From Felis catus (taxonomy: Eukaryota): DNA of 64,000 nucleotides. Positions within the stretch are counted from its first letter, which is position 1. The number at the start of each line of letters is the position of its first letter. Shown piece after piece: positions 35,639 to 48,130 of this stretch. Both the position numbers and the translations under genes were made by a program. The stretch lies in the NCBI RefSeq assembly GCF_018350175.1, contig NC_058371.1, positions 48,856,001 to 48,920,000 on the forward strand. The letters run 5' to 3'. The notes below the pieces were generated by a model, which saw only the letters and a list, made by a program, of their open reading frames with translations, ran no database searches and was not told the DNA's origin.

Positions 35639-37042
35639 TCTCATTGGGTTTCCACAGCAGCTCTGTGAGAAGATGGCGTGCTCTCTAGTTTGCACGTGAA
35701 GTTGAGCGAAGGGAAGAGAGGCCCCATAAGAGAGAGAGCAGGGGCCTCAAGTGGTGAAACACAGGGAGAGTGAAGGGTTTGAAGATCCAGAAGTGACCAC
35801 AGAGATCAAGCAACTGGTGATTCCCACCCCTCCCCCACCATTTGCACGGGGTTTCAGGGTTCAGGGGCAGCGGAGGGGTCCCTGTCTACACAGAGGAGGA
35901 CCAGTGTGTATGTGATGGGGGAGTGTTGGGTCTGTTGCATGGAGTGACTAGAATAGGCAAGGTTCTTTTCTCACATGGAGGCCACGCTGCCCCTTGAAGG
36001 GGTTTCTAGAAATGGGGCGGGCATCTGGAGTTATCACAATGATCAGGGATTGCTGCTGGCATTTAGCGGGCTCGAATGCCAGAAGTCTGCACAGCGTGGG
36101 TAAGCCCTGTCTAACAGAATTGTGCCCCCCAGATGATGTTCCCCAGTTGGGAACACAGAGGGCAAGAAAGGCGAGGAAAGTCGTCGGGGATAAAGAAGGC
36201 TTAGGATAAAGGGTGAGTCTCCCCTCAGCCTCTGTGGTGACCCGGGAGCACAGCAGAAGGCAGGCTGAGGGCTGGCTCCGAGGACTGACACAGAGGTGGG
36301 CAGGAGGAGAGCAAAAACCCGTCCCAGAGCACCAAATGTAGATTTTAGGAATGAAGGCGCAGGGAGCAGGTGATCATCACAGGGAAGCAGATCGTGACAA
36401 GTTGATGAGCCGGAGAATCTGAAAGAGAAGGACGGGATTCATTAGAGCGGAGAGGGGCAGACGGATTCCCATCGGAATATAGCTGTATCCACACAGGAAG
36501 CCTGCGGGGAGGGGGTAATGGCAGGAGGATTCTAATGAAAACAGTTTTGCAACCATAATTATAGCATTCTGCAACCCTAAACTATAGCCATTCTGCAACT
36601 TTAAATATAGCATTGGCTCCTGAGAAGACTCTGAAATCTTTATTTTTACCGACCCAATTGGCCGTTTTTGAAAACCCACTCTGTGAACTCCATAGAAGAT
36701 AATCATCAAAATATGTTCCTTGAAGTTCCCAAAGAAAGACCTTTTATTCAGTTCCTCGAATCTCTCCCCCTCGCTGACTCTGATGGAAGATTGCAGTCCC
36801 GGAAAGGCTACGGAGTGAATTAACTCCATATTTTTGGTCAACCAAAAGAAAGCCAGAGTCGGCGACCACAGTTGAGTTAGCAGTTGGTTCACAGGTCCAA
36901 GCTATTTTCCACCTCCAGGGAGAAGTGAACGGAGCTCAACCCCAACAGAGTCAGCAGTCCCGCCAAAAATGTGCCAAGGCATGAACCTTCAATCACACTT
37001 TCTACGTGGCTCTGTGAGAGCAGAGGCACAAAAAGAGGGGGT

Positions 37043-37243
37043 GGGGCGCCTGGGTGACTCAGTCGGTTAAGCGTCCGACTTCGGCTCAGGTCATGATCTC
37101 GTGGTTCGTGGGTTCGGGCCCCGCATCGGGCTCTGTGCTGACAGATCAGAGCCTGGAGCCTGCTTGGGATTCTGTGTCTCCCCCTCTCTCGGCCCCTCCT
37201 CTGCCCGCGCTGTCTCTCTCTCTCTCTCAAAAATAAATAAACA

Positions 37244-37275
<32 letters not shown>
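37043..37275 (+). mobile_element. Can-SINE with long A tail
   Basis: Head at 37043; about 30 A. Confidence 0.92.
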
Positions 37276-37278
<3 letters not shown>

Positions 37279-38199
37279 GTTTCTCTTGTGGCTGTCCTGA
37301 CACTTGAGTTGGCCATTATGACCTCAGGTATAAGGGGAACAGAGGCTCTTTTCAAATCTTCAGTGGTTGCCACCACTTTATGGGTCCGAGCTTGCAACCC
37401 TGGCCTTCGAAGGCTGTCGGGTTGGTTGTTTGTTTTACTGCCTGCAATGTGTGTAGAAGTTGCTGGATGAGGAGTAGAGCCTGGCTCTACTGGCTGTGCC
37501 TTCGGTAGGTCATTCGTGGTGTCCGGCTTCTTCAACTCAGGGACCAGGATACGCAGCTCATGACAGCGATAATCCCTTGGGGCCTCTGGAACAGGGGAGG
37601 CAGAAACCGGCTCATAAAACCTTAGGGGTTTGCTGACTGGAGCAGCTTGCTGCTTATAGTCTAGTCCCAAAGGCTTACCGTCCAGGCATAATCATCTCTT
37701 CTCCCGTGTCCTTTCCCAAGCCCACCACCTCTTGTCACAATTTATGCTAGAGTCGGCAAAATGAGGAAAGGAAGGGAAAAAAGGAGAGAAGGCAACAGAG
37801 TCTACTTCTGCCTTTCTGGAACCTTAGCCCCCCTTCAGACACCCATGGCCTACAGCATTGCCTCTTCCTCAACCATCACAGACACCTAGCACCCATGATG
37901 TTTGACACTCGGCACTGCCTGGGTTTTCGGCATGCCAGGAGTCCTCAATTTCATGGATAACTTATGTATGACCCAGGGAAGAGCCGGGGCCTTGCTTTAG
38001 AGAGCCATAACATGCTGGTGCTATTCTAAAGTAATTAATTGGGACACCATTGGAAAATAATACTCCCCCCTTCCCACCAAAAAGAGGTCTTTTAGCTTTA
38101 GGAGAGGATTACCATGTCCCTTGTTCTGGTTGTGAGAAAGGGAGGGGAAGCAGACCCTACCTTCCACTATACCCACCCCCCCAAGTTCATTCCTTTTCC

Positions 38200-38427
38200 T
38201 TAAAAACGTTTTTTTTTTAATGTTTGTTTTTGAGGGAGACACAGAGAGAGAGACACAGAGTGTGAGTCGGGGGAGGGCCAGAGAGAGAAGGAGACAGAAT
38301 CTGAAGCAGGCTTCAGGCTCTGAGCTGTTGGCACAGAACCCAACGGGGCGCTCGAACTCACAAACCGCTAGATCGTGACGTGAGCAGAAGTTGGACACTT
38401 AACCGACTGAGCCACCTGGGCACCCCC
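38200..38427 (-). mobile_element. Can-SINE
   Basis: TSD cattccttttc. Confidence 0.9.
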
Positions 38428-40206
38428 ATTCCTTTTCAATTCAAACATTAGGCCCCTGTATGTGAATGCTAAGCCTCTGCTGCTTTAAGCCTTTGCATCC
38501 TCTATGCATTAGCACCCCCCAATACCCCCTAGCCGTGGAGAACTAAGAATACACAAAATTTAAACCATATTTGAAGTCATTCGTCTTTATTTTTTAATAA
38601 AAATGAGCTCTTAAATGAAACAGCAGATGTCAAGAATTAACTAAGGATGCAGGCTTTCTCAAAGGATCGGTAAACTCATTTTTTTGAACACCCACTCTGG
38701 GCTCAGCCCTGTGCAGACTGAGGCTGGAAAGAGGATTTCAGACCTGAAGGCGATGTAAACAGACATCAGGCCTGGATAGAAAAGACTCATCCCAGATCTG
38801 TGGCCAGTCCGAGCTGGGTATATGCGACCCTGCAAGCCCTCTGTGTGTGTGTTTGGATCTTCCTTCAGATCCCTGGACGTTCAGGAACCACGAACTAACT
38901 GGCAGGTCACTTGACCTCTCCGCACCTCTGTACCATGACAGGTGGGCTCTGTGATTTCTGAGTTCCTTCCCACTCCCTGTCTCTGAAAACACATTGGAAA
39001 GCCGGTGTGCCCAACGTTAAGATCGCCGCAGAAGCCGTAGGAATAGGCAGGCATGTGAGATGGAGAGGAGGAGGAAAATTATCTTCCTGTCTCTTGGCCC
39101 AGTGCAAGGAGGGAGTACGGACTCCTGTCTAATCAATCATCCTCTGATCAATCATAGCCTCTGTATCCTCAAGCCAGGCTCTCCTCCATTCTTCAAGTCT
39201 GTTTCTTCCTCTGTCCCCTGACCGGAACAATCTTGGTGTAATGTGACTATAATGAGCCTGTGCTTGCAGAGGGCTTGGCTTATAAAAGCCTCCCAAATGC
39301 TTTGGATTATGGTCTCATTAAAATGAACAAGGCTAAAGTGGAGAGTTGCTACAGCATTCCAGACATAGGTAAATTAGAGGTCCCCCGGGCCTGCGGCTCT
39401 GTGCTGGTGAGCAGGAAGTCCAAAGGATTAGAAAGAGGAGGAGACCCCCTTGGGGATCGGGGAGGGCGTGAGCTGCGGAGCTGAGATGTCAACAGAGGGA
39501 ACAACGCCAGGCACTTGTGAACCCCTCATCTACAGAGAGCCAAGTTCGTGCTGGCAACTGTCATTTCCCTGCCCATGGGCTGCAAAGTACCGGAACGGGG
39601 TCTTTATTAATTCCCACTTGCTAACGATTGCCAATCTTGGGGGACCTCGGTGGGAGAGCAAAGTTATGACAAAGCTGTGTGCTTTTTGAGGGGGTGTTTG
39701 CTGAAGGTCAGTGTCAGCCTTGCTTGATTTAAGTTCTCCCAGATCCCTTGCAAAGGCTATAAACAGCGATGTGACGAAATTGGCCTCGGAGCCAGAACAG
39801 GGAGGAGGCCTAGTCACAAGGGAGGGCAGAGAAGCACCATCAAGGGGTGGAGAGAAATGAGAAACGGGCAGGAAGGCCTTGAAGGCATTTCTGCTCCAAC
39901 GGATGGAAGGAATACCTCCCCTAGGGACCAAGGTGGCGGTAAATCCGGGTAAATCTGACAGCCCTCAGCGTGGTTCTGGCTGAGATCATCTGGGGCTGAG
40001 ATGTTAGGGGGAGGTTTTGGTCAGATGGAGCATAGAGGGCACCAAGCGATCCTAGCCTGCCTCATCTGAAGCATAAATTTATGGGAAAGGGATGGTAATC
40101 GTGGTAACCCCCCCGGGCACAGTTACCCTCGTAAACTGGTGGCAGATTGATGGCAGCATGACAGCTGCCATCACAGTGACAACACAGGGCTGAAAAGATT
40201 GATTTC

Positions 40207-40429
40207 TTTTTAATTTTTTTTCTTTAACATTTTATTTATTTTTGAGATGGGGAGAGACAGAACATGAACAGGGGAGGGTCAGAGAGAGAGGGAGACACAG
40301 AATCCGAAACAGGCTTCAGGCTCTGAGCTGTCAGCACAGAGCCCGACGCGGGGCTGGAACTCAAGGACCGCGAGATCGTGACCTGAGCCGAAGTCGGCCG
40401 CTTAACCGACTGAGCCATCCAGGCTCCCC
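40207..40429 (-). mobile_element. Can-SINE
   Basis: TSD gatttctt. Confidence 0.9.
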
Positions 40430-42150
40430 AGATTTCTTAGGCTATTTATGAGATGATCAGTGGTACCTGCCATATCAGCCCTCCTTCTTCATTGTACCCA
40501 CTCCCCTCCAAGGCACACACACACACACACACACACACACTCGTGCACACGCCCATGAGAACACACTAGCTCTATCAGAGAGGCTACCTGGAGGCAGCTG
40601 TGGATAGGAAAACAACCAGGATTCAGGAGGCTTTGCCACTAGCTGGCTCGGTGACTTTAGCCAGGTGTTACGAGATAACCCCCTGGCCCCAACTCACTTT
40701 CCTCACCTGGAGAGTGAGGGGAATAACTTCTCACCCTGTTTCTCTCTCAGGCTAGTCATAAGGACCGAATGCAATAATGGATATGAGGTCTCCAGCCTCC
40801 CCCCAGCTTAGCTCAGAATCGTCGAGAGTGGGGTGCTCACCTGGGGCTCTCGACCAAGCTTCCAGGTAGTTACACACGCGAGCGTAGACCTACTTACTAC
40901 TGGAAAAGCATAATGTAAAATCATTCCTAGATTCATTTAAAATTGTGTTTGTTGAGTATTTCTCAGTGCCATATACAGCAGTAGGGTCTTTGGATAAAGC
41001 AGAGAATAAGACAGACATATTCATTACCCCCAGATCTTAAACACTGGGGAAGAGACCTACTGAATAAATAAGAAAAGGTATATTGCCTTCTACAATGGGG
41101 AGACACAGAGCACACGGAAGTATGCATGGAGCATCCTGGCTATTCCAGTTTGGGAGCCCAAGGAAGGCCACTGAGGAAGTGACATATATGCTGTGCCCTG
41201 GAGGTCAGGGAGAAGGCATTCATGGCGATGATGGTGGCATCTTTAATTTGGGGTCACCCTCAGTCCCTCTCCTACTGAGTCCACTCATTTGATCATTACT
41301 CTGAGGAGGCGGTAGGCATGGTCGAAAAGATGTCTGAGTTCAGATCGCAGCCCCATCACATATTCGGTAGGCCATTAAGCAACAGTCTTAACTTCTCTGA
41401 ACCTCAGTCTTTTTGTCCATGGAAGTGACACTGGAGACTGTAAAGTTTATAGGGTTGTCGTGACGACTGACACAAGGCAAGACCCAGATTTTTATCGAAT
41501 TAAAAAAGGGAAGAAACAAAAAACTTCGAGCTTCTACTTCTAGTGTTACCGGGTTAAAATATTCTTGGGACATGAAGCTTATGTCCTAGATAAACTACAG
41601 GCCAAATGCATAGGTAAAGTTGAAAGAAAACTGAGGAAGTTTACAAAGACCAAGAAAAAGAATTCGAATTAGGAGCTGAAACCAATGGGTCAACACATAC
41701 AGAAGCTGGGTGTCAGGAACAAGGCTGTGAGTGGCCCAGGGAGGGGGCAGCAGGCTCAAAGACCCCCACCATAAAGCCTGTCACACTCTGTCACCCCGAG
41801 AAACCCTGAGACAGCCATTCTGCCTGGTTTGGGGGCTTTTGTTTTTGTTTATGTTTTTGCCCCAGTCTTTTCTGATTGATCACAGTCTTCCTACTGGTTG
41901 CTCGATGCCCGTATCTGAGGCATTTTGAAGCTCACCCCAGCTAGTCTGCTCCTTGGAAAAGAGGAGGGGAGAAGCGAGAGGCTGAGCGGGGAGGGGGTGG
42001 AGTGGAATACACCTGTCAGAGAGCTGTTGAGGAAACCGGATGTCTCCAGAGAGTCCAGAGCGTGGAAAGGGCTGTGCCAGGGATAGGCTTGCCCTCCCAA
42101 GGGTCTGGGGGTCCAGTTCATATTCAGTGTGCACTTGGGCAAGCCAATTT

Positions 42151-42393
42151 TATTTATTTATTTGTCTACTTATTTATTCATTTAAAATTTTTCTAATGTT
42201 TATTCATTTTCAAGAGACAGAGACAGAGTGTGAGTGGGGCAGGAGCAGAGAGAGGGGCCACACAGAATCTGAAGCAGGCCCCAGGCTCTGGGCTGCCAGC
42301 ACACAGCCCAGTGCAAGTCTTGAACCCACGAACCACGAGATCATGACCTGAGCCGAAGTTGGACGCTTAACCCAGTGAGCCACCCAGGCGCCC
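42151..42393 (-). mobile_element. Can-SINE
   Basis: TSD tgggcaagcca(a/g)ttt. Confidence 0.9.
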
Positions 42394-42646
42394 TGGGCAA
42401 GCCAGTTTTAAAAAGCAAACTGCAGTGGTCCCAGGTTGGTTGTTGTTCCCTTGGCACCTGGTAAAAGTCAAGAAAATTCCCTCTGGAAGAAAGAGTCTTG
42501 AATACAGACCCCTCAGGATTCTGTCATTTAATCAGGGGGTACGATGTGAATGCCCTTCCACACCTCCCCACCCTGTGCCCTCCCCCTGGAAGACACTCTG
42601 GTGGCCCTGGAGCTGTGCACACACAAGCTTTAACAATTTAGAAATA

Positions 42647-42860
42647 GGGCACCTGGGTGGCTTAGTCAGTTAAGCGTCCAACTTCAGCTCAGGTCATGAT
42701 CTCACGGTTTGTGGGTTCGAGCCCCGTGTCTGGCTCTGTGCTGACAGCCCAGAGCCTGAGCCTGCTTCAGATTCTGTGTCTCCCTGTTGTTCTCTGCCCC
42801 TCGCCCGCTTGTGCTCTGTCTCTCTCCGTCTCTCAAAAATAAAGATGTTTAAAAAAAATT
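42647..42860 (+). mobile_element. Can-SINE
   Basis: TSD aattta(g/t)aaata. Confidence 0.9.
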
Positions 42861-43045
42861 TATAAATAAATCTATTGAAACATCTGCAAGACATGTGATA
42901 AAATGTTCTGATGAAAGCCTCACACACACGCAAAATCCATAGCTCAACAGAAAAAAGAGCAAAGGCTATATATAGCCAATGCATGGGAAAGAATGGCTAG
43001 TAAGCACTTGATAATGGTCAGCCTCTTAATTTTTTTCTCTAAAAA

Positions 43046-43448
43046 AATTTTTTAATGTTTATTTATTTTTGAGAAAGAGAAAGAATGCGAGCAGGGGGAT
43101 GGGCAAAGAGAGGAGGAGACGCAGAATGCAAAGCAGGCTCCAGGCTCTGAGCTGTCAGCACAGAGCCTGACACAGGGTTCAAACCCATGAACCATGAGAT
43201 CATGATGTGAGTTAAAGTCAGAGGGTAACCGGGTCACCCAGACTCTCCAATAATTTTTGTTAATAATTTTTTTTTACTTTTTAGATAGAGTGAAAGTGTC
43301 AGTGGGGGAAGGGACAGATGCAGAGAGAGAGAGAGAGAGAACTCAGCTTGGAGCCTGAAGCAGGATTCCATCCCACAAACCACGACATCTTGACCTGAGC
43401 TGAAATCAAGAGTCAGATGCTTAAGTGATTGAGCCACACAGTCGCCCC
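43046..43448 (-). mobile_element. Two Can-SINEs (43046-43240 and 43268-43448)
   Basis: Typical bodies. Confidence 0.85.
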
Positions 43449-43970
43449 AATTTGCATGCCCTTTCTAGATGGCAGTTAGTTCATTTGTTTCCAGAACATT
43501 AAAATGTTCTTACAATGTGATCCAGACAATTCACTTTTAGGAAATTATCTTGAGAAGATCCTATATGTGCATAACATCTTATGCACAAGGATTTTCAATG
43601 AAGTATTACCCACACACAGACACATATGCATATACACATATGTACACATTTTTTTTTTTTGCACATACCTCATGGCCCTTTACTTCTAAACACTTCCATA
43701 TGGATTTCTTAAGAATAGGAATATGTCCGAGTACAGTCATAAACTTCATGAATTGCTTTAAAACTTTATGTAATGTACAGTGTGTGTTCCAGTGTTACCA
43801 GTGGACCAGCAGTATCCTTTGTAGATTTCCTTTCCCCTCCAGCACAGGATCCAGTCGAATGTTAAGGGTTGCATTTAGTTGTCACGTCTCTTTCACCTTT
43901 ATTGTCTTTTATGACTGATATTTTTGAAAAATACAGTCCTCTCCCACATCCTTTAAAAAAAAACTTTTTT

Positions 43971-44416
43971 GGGGCGCCTTGGTGGCGCAGTCGGTTAAGC
44001 GTCCGACTTCAGCCAGGTCACGATCTCGCGGTCCGTGAGTTCGAGCCCCGCGTCGGGCTCTGGGCTGATGGCTCAGAGCCTGGAGCCTGTTTCCGATTCT
44101 GTGTCTCCCTCTCTCTCTGCCCCTCCCCCGTTCATGCTCTGTCTCTCTCTGTCCCAAAAATAAATAAACATTGAAAAAAAAATTTTTTAAAAATAAAATA
44201 AAATAAAAAAATAAAAAAACCTTTTTTTGATCTTTATTTTTGAGAGAGAGAGAGAGACGGAGTGCGAGCAGGGGAGGAACAGAGAGAGAGGGAGACACAG
44301 AATCCGAAGCAGGCTCCAGGCTCAGAGCTGTCGGCACAGAGCCCGACGTGGGGCTCAGACTCACCGACCGTGAGATCATGACCTGGACCGAAGTCGACTG
44401 AGCCGCCCAGGCGCCC
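43971..44416. mobile_element. Young (+) SINE (43971-44212) inserted in the tail of a (-) SINE (44222-44416)
   Basis: Inner TSD aaaaaaa(a/c)ctttttt; outer TSD cacatcc(c)ttt. Confidence 0.9.
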
Positions 44417-44844
44417 TGTCACATCCCTTTTTTTAATGTGATGATCGTCACTTTGTGTTTTTCTCATGTTTCCTCGTGATTGGATTGCGGTTGTGTGTTC
44501 TTGGCCAATAAACAGTATATGTGATGGTGTGTGCTGCTCCAGCTAATACATCTCTAGGCACACAGTGGCCATCTGTCCCTCACAGGTGATGTTCATTTTG
44601 ATCACCTGGTCAAGGTGTGGCCTGATTTCCCCGATACATAACGAGTGGGCTTTCTCCCCTCCCTCATAACAAATAAGTCATCTGTGAGAAGACACTTTAA
44701 GACCATGTGTATATACTGCTCTTCATCAAAATTTTCCCTGGAGGTAGCGTCCGTTGATGGTTCTTGCCTGATTCAGTCTTTACTGTAATGAGTGCAGAGT
44801 GCTGATTTCCCAACCCCAGCGCTGCTGTAAGAAAGAGCCCTTCC

Positions 44845-45408
44845 CCTGGCCTCCCTGGCTGCTTAAAGCTTGGCCGCCATCATGAATGACAGACACAGTA
44901 ACTATCCAGACTAGGAAGTTCATGACCAACCAGCGACTTCAGCAGAAACAAATGGTCATTGATGTTCTTCACCCCCAGAAAGGCAACAGTACCTAAGACA
45001 GAAATTCAGGGGAAAACCTAGTCTAAATGTACAAGATCACACCAGCTGTCATCTTTGTGTTTGGATTGGGAACCCGTTTGGGTGGTGGTAAGACAACTGG
45101 CTTTGGCAGGATTTATGATTCCTTGGATGATGCAAAGAAAAATGAGCCCAAACATAGACTTGCAAGACAGGGCCTGTATGAGAAGAAAAAGACCTCAAGA
45201 AAACAGCAAAAGGAACACAAGAACAGAATAGAGAAAGTCAGGGCGACTGCAAACGCTGGTGTTGATGCTGGCAAAAAGTGAGCTGGAGATTGGACAACAG
45301 AAGGGGTAAAAATTCTGCAGTGACTTTATCTGTGGCGTTTGTGCAGATTGTGCAGATTCCCTCATGCAGATTCATGAGGGAATTAAGAAACAGAACTTAC
45401 AAAAAAAA
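44845..45408 (+). pseudogene. RPS24: Processed pseudogene of ribosomal protein S24 (eS24)
   Basis: Intronless; ATG at 44882; net +7 nt of frameshifts before [13 protein letters not shown]...[11 protein letters not shown]...AGKK*; A tail; TSD gaaagagcccttcc at 44831-44844 and 45646-45659. Confidence 0.95.
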
Positions 45409-45413
45409 GGAAA

Positions 45414-45636
45414 GGGGCGCCTGGGTGGCGCAGTCGGTTAAGCGTCCGACTTCAGCTCAGGTCATGATCTCGCGGTCCGTGAGTTCGAGCCCCGCGTCAG
45501 GCTCTGGGCTGATGGCTCAGAGCCTGGAGCCTGTTTCCGACTCTGTGTCTCCCTCTCTCTCTGCCCCTCCCCCGTTCATGCTCTGTCTCTCTCTGTCCCA
45601 AAAATAAATAAACGTTGAAAAAAAATTTTAAAATAA
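45414..45636 (+). mobile_element. Young SINE inserted at the 3' end of the RPS24 retrocopy
   Basis: TSD aaaaaaaaggaaa at 45401-45413 and 45637-45649. Confidence 0.93.
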
Positions 45637-45943
45637 AAAAAAAAGGAAAGAGCCCTTCCTTCTATGTATCTGTCTAACTATCAGTGGTATGGATTCATGA
45701 ATTCCTGTTTTTAATGACTTAAAATAGCATTATTATACTTAATTATTTTATGACTCAATTTGTTTTAGATTTGGCCAGTGCAGACATCTTCAAGATGGTT
45801 TCTGTTTCCTTATGACATCCCCCATCATTTTTTTTTTAGCATTCCTTTAATTTCTGAAAGAACGAGATGTTCCAGATTCATCTTTACCTACCTTTTACCC
45901 CAACCCTAGAATCAGCCATTTCTCTAAGAATGCCTGGCTTTTT

Positions 45944-46130
45944 TTTCTTCTTCTTCTCTAAGACACAGAGTATGAGTGGGGGAAGGGGCAGAGAGAGAGA
46001 GAGAGGGAGAGAGAGAATCCCAAGCAGGCTGTGCACTGACAGTACAGACTTGAGACTCAATCCCACGAACCATGAGATCATGACCTGAGTTGAAATCAGG
46101 AGTCAGACGCTTAACCAATCGGGGTGCCCC
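45944..46130 (-). mobile_element. Can-SINE
   Basis: TSD tgcctggcttttt. Confidence 0.88.
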
Positions 46131-46478
46131 TGCCTGGCTTTTTAAAGTGGGAAATAGTATTAGCCACCAAGACCTGGGGCTGCGAGGGCTGTTCATTGCT
46201 ATTTAAGTGTCTGCTTTCTGAGCCTTTCAACAAAGTTATACCTGAACACATACCGACACATACAGATACATATATGTTATATATGCACATAAGCATGAAC
46301 GTATACATACCTATATATATTGGAAATTATGAGCTTATATTGATACCCTCAATTTTAATCCATCCCCAAGGGTTCTTTCTTGTCCCCCCCCCCCATTCCA
46401 TATTTCTGTGTCCCCTTTTCCATAGTGAAAAACCCTGGGCCCAAACCACATCAACACATTTATTCATTTGCTCAGTCT

Positions 46479-46505
46479 TTTTTTTTTTTTAATGTTTATT
46501 TTTGA

Positions 46506-46553
<48 letters not shown>

Positions 46554-46710
46554 GGGGAGGGGCAGAGAGAGAGACACACAGAATCTGAAGGAGGCTCCAG
46601 GTTTTGAGCTGTCAGCACAGAGCCTGACATGGGGTTTGAACCCACAAACCGTGAGCTCATGACCTGAGGCGAAGTCGGACGCTTAACCGACTGAGCCACC
46701 CAGGCGCCCC
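46479..46710 (-). mobile_element. Can-SINE carrying a (CA)n of about 21 units
   Basis: TSD tcatttgc(t/c)cagtctt. Confidence 0.9.
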
Positions 46711-47695
46711 TCATTTGCCCAGTCTTGAATTAATCTAAAGTAATTTCAGAATTGCTTTACCCATGCTACAATAATAAATAAAATTACTTTATAAGTTTCA
46801 TACGTGTTTGCACTTCCCCAATTATATCCTACCACATCCCAGATAGAGATTACATAGTCAAAACTAATTTATTTAGTTTACTTAGATTAAATAATTTTAG
46901 CTAATTTAGTAGATTAGTTCTTTCCTTCCCTTCAGTATGCTTTGTATTCATTCAAAATGTAAATAAGGTTCATTTGGTTCTAGGTGGGTGGTTTTTTTTA
47001 ACCAATAAAATTTAATGTTTTGAATGTGTAAAATATTAAATGTTTTCGAAAGTCAAAACTAAACAAAAAGTTTCACTCAGAGAAATGCCACTCTGTCTAT
47101 ATCCCTTTCACCCTATTTCCACCACCCCATCCTTTGTAGAAAACAACTTTTTGTTTTTTGTTTTTTTCCTTCCTGTGTTTCTTCTTTTAATAGTAAGCAG
47201 ATATATGCATGTTTTCTTATTTTCCCTTCTTTCTTACAAAAAAGGTAGCGTACTATATATTTGCACTTTGCTTTTTTACTTAATATCTCCTGGAAATTAC
47301 TCCATGTCAGTTGATTGAGATTTCCGTATTCATTTGTATAGCTGCATAGGGTCCCATTGTGTGTATATAACCATAGTATATTAACCAATCTCCCATGCTT
47401 GAATATTTAGATAGTTCTCAGTTTTCACAATTACAAATAATCCTGAAGTGAATAACCTTGTCATATATGTTTTCAGATTGTTGGAGGTGTGTATTATAGA
47501 TAAATTTATAGAAGTGTGATTGTGGGGTCAAAGGACAAAATATATATGTGTTTAATTCCCTTCCACCAGGTCTGGGCCATTTGCATTTCCACCCCAATTC
47601 CCCATAGCCTGGCCAATGCAGTATATTGTCAGCCTCTGCATTTTTGCCAATCTGATAGTTGAGAACCGTTTTCACACTGTAGTTAAAAAAAACTT

Positions 47696-47910
47696 AAAAA
47701 AAAAAAAAAAGAGGTTAGAGTGGAAGAGAGCCAAAGCATAAGAGACTCTTAAAAACTGAGAACAAACTGAGGGTTGATGGGGGGTGGGAGGGAGGGGAGG
47801 GTGGGTGATGGGTATTGAGGAGGGACCTTTTGGGATGAGCACTGGGTGTTGTATGGAAACCAATTTGACAATAAACTTCCTATATTGGAAAAAAAAAAGA
47901 AAACAAAAAC
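47696..47910 (+). mobile_element. Young 5'-truncated felid L1 (3' UTR plus poly-A)
   Basis: GAGGTTAGAGTGGAAGAGAGCCAAAGCATAAGAGACTC...CAATTTGACAATAAAC plus A tail; TSD aaaaaactt. Confidence 0.85.
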
Positions 47911-47919
47911 AAAAAACTT

Positions 47920-48130
47920 TTTTTAATGTTAATTTATTCTTTGAAAGAGAGAGAGAGAGAGAGGGCATGAACACGGGAGGGGCAGTGAGAAGGAGACAGA
48001 GAAAGTGAAGCAGGCTCCAGGCTCCAAGCTGTCAGCACAGAGCCCAACGTGGGGCTCGAACTCCTGAACTGTGAGATCATGACCTGAGTTGAAGCCGGAC
48101 ACTTACCAGACTGAGCCACCCAAGCGCCCC
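47920..48130 (-). mobile_element. Can-SINE whose tail hosts the young L1
   Basis: TSD tca(c/t)actgtagtt at 47672-47684 and 48131-48143. Confidence 0.9.

Noticed and set aside
36377-36892. 171-aa minus-strand ORF as a novel gene
   Set aside because: Non-ATG start, no recognisable domain, and one or two ORFs this long are expected by chance in six frames of 64 kb
45027-45281. 84-aa RPS24 C-terminal ORF as a functional retrogene
   Set aside because: The N-terminal third is frameshifted and several conserved residues are substituted
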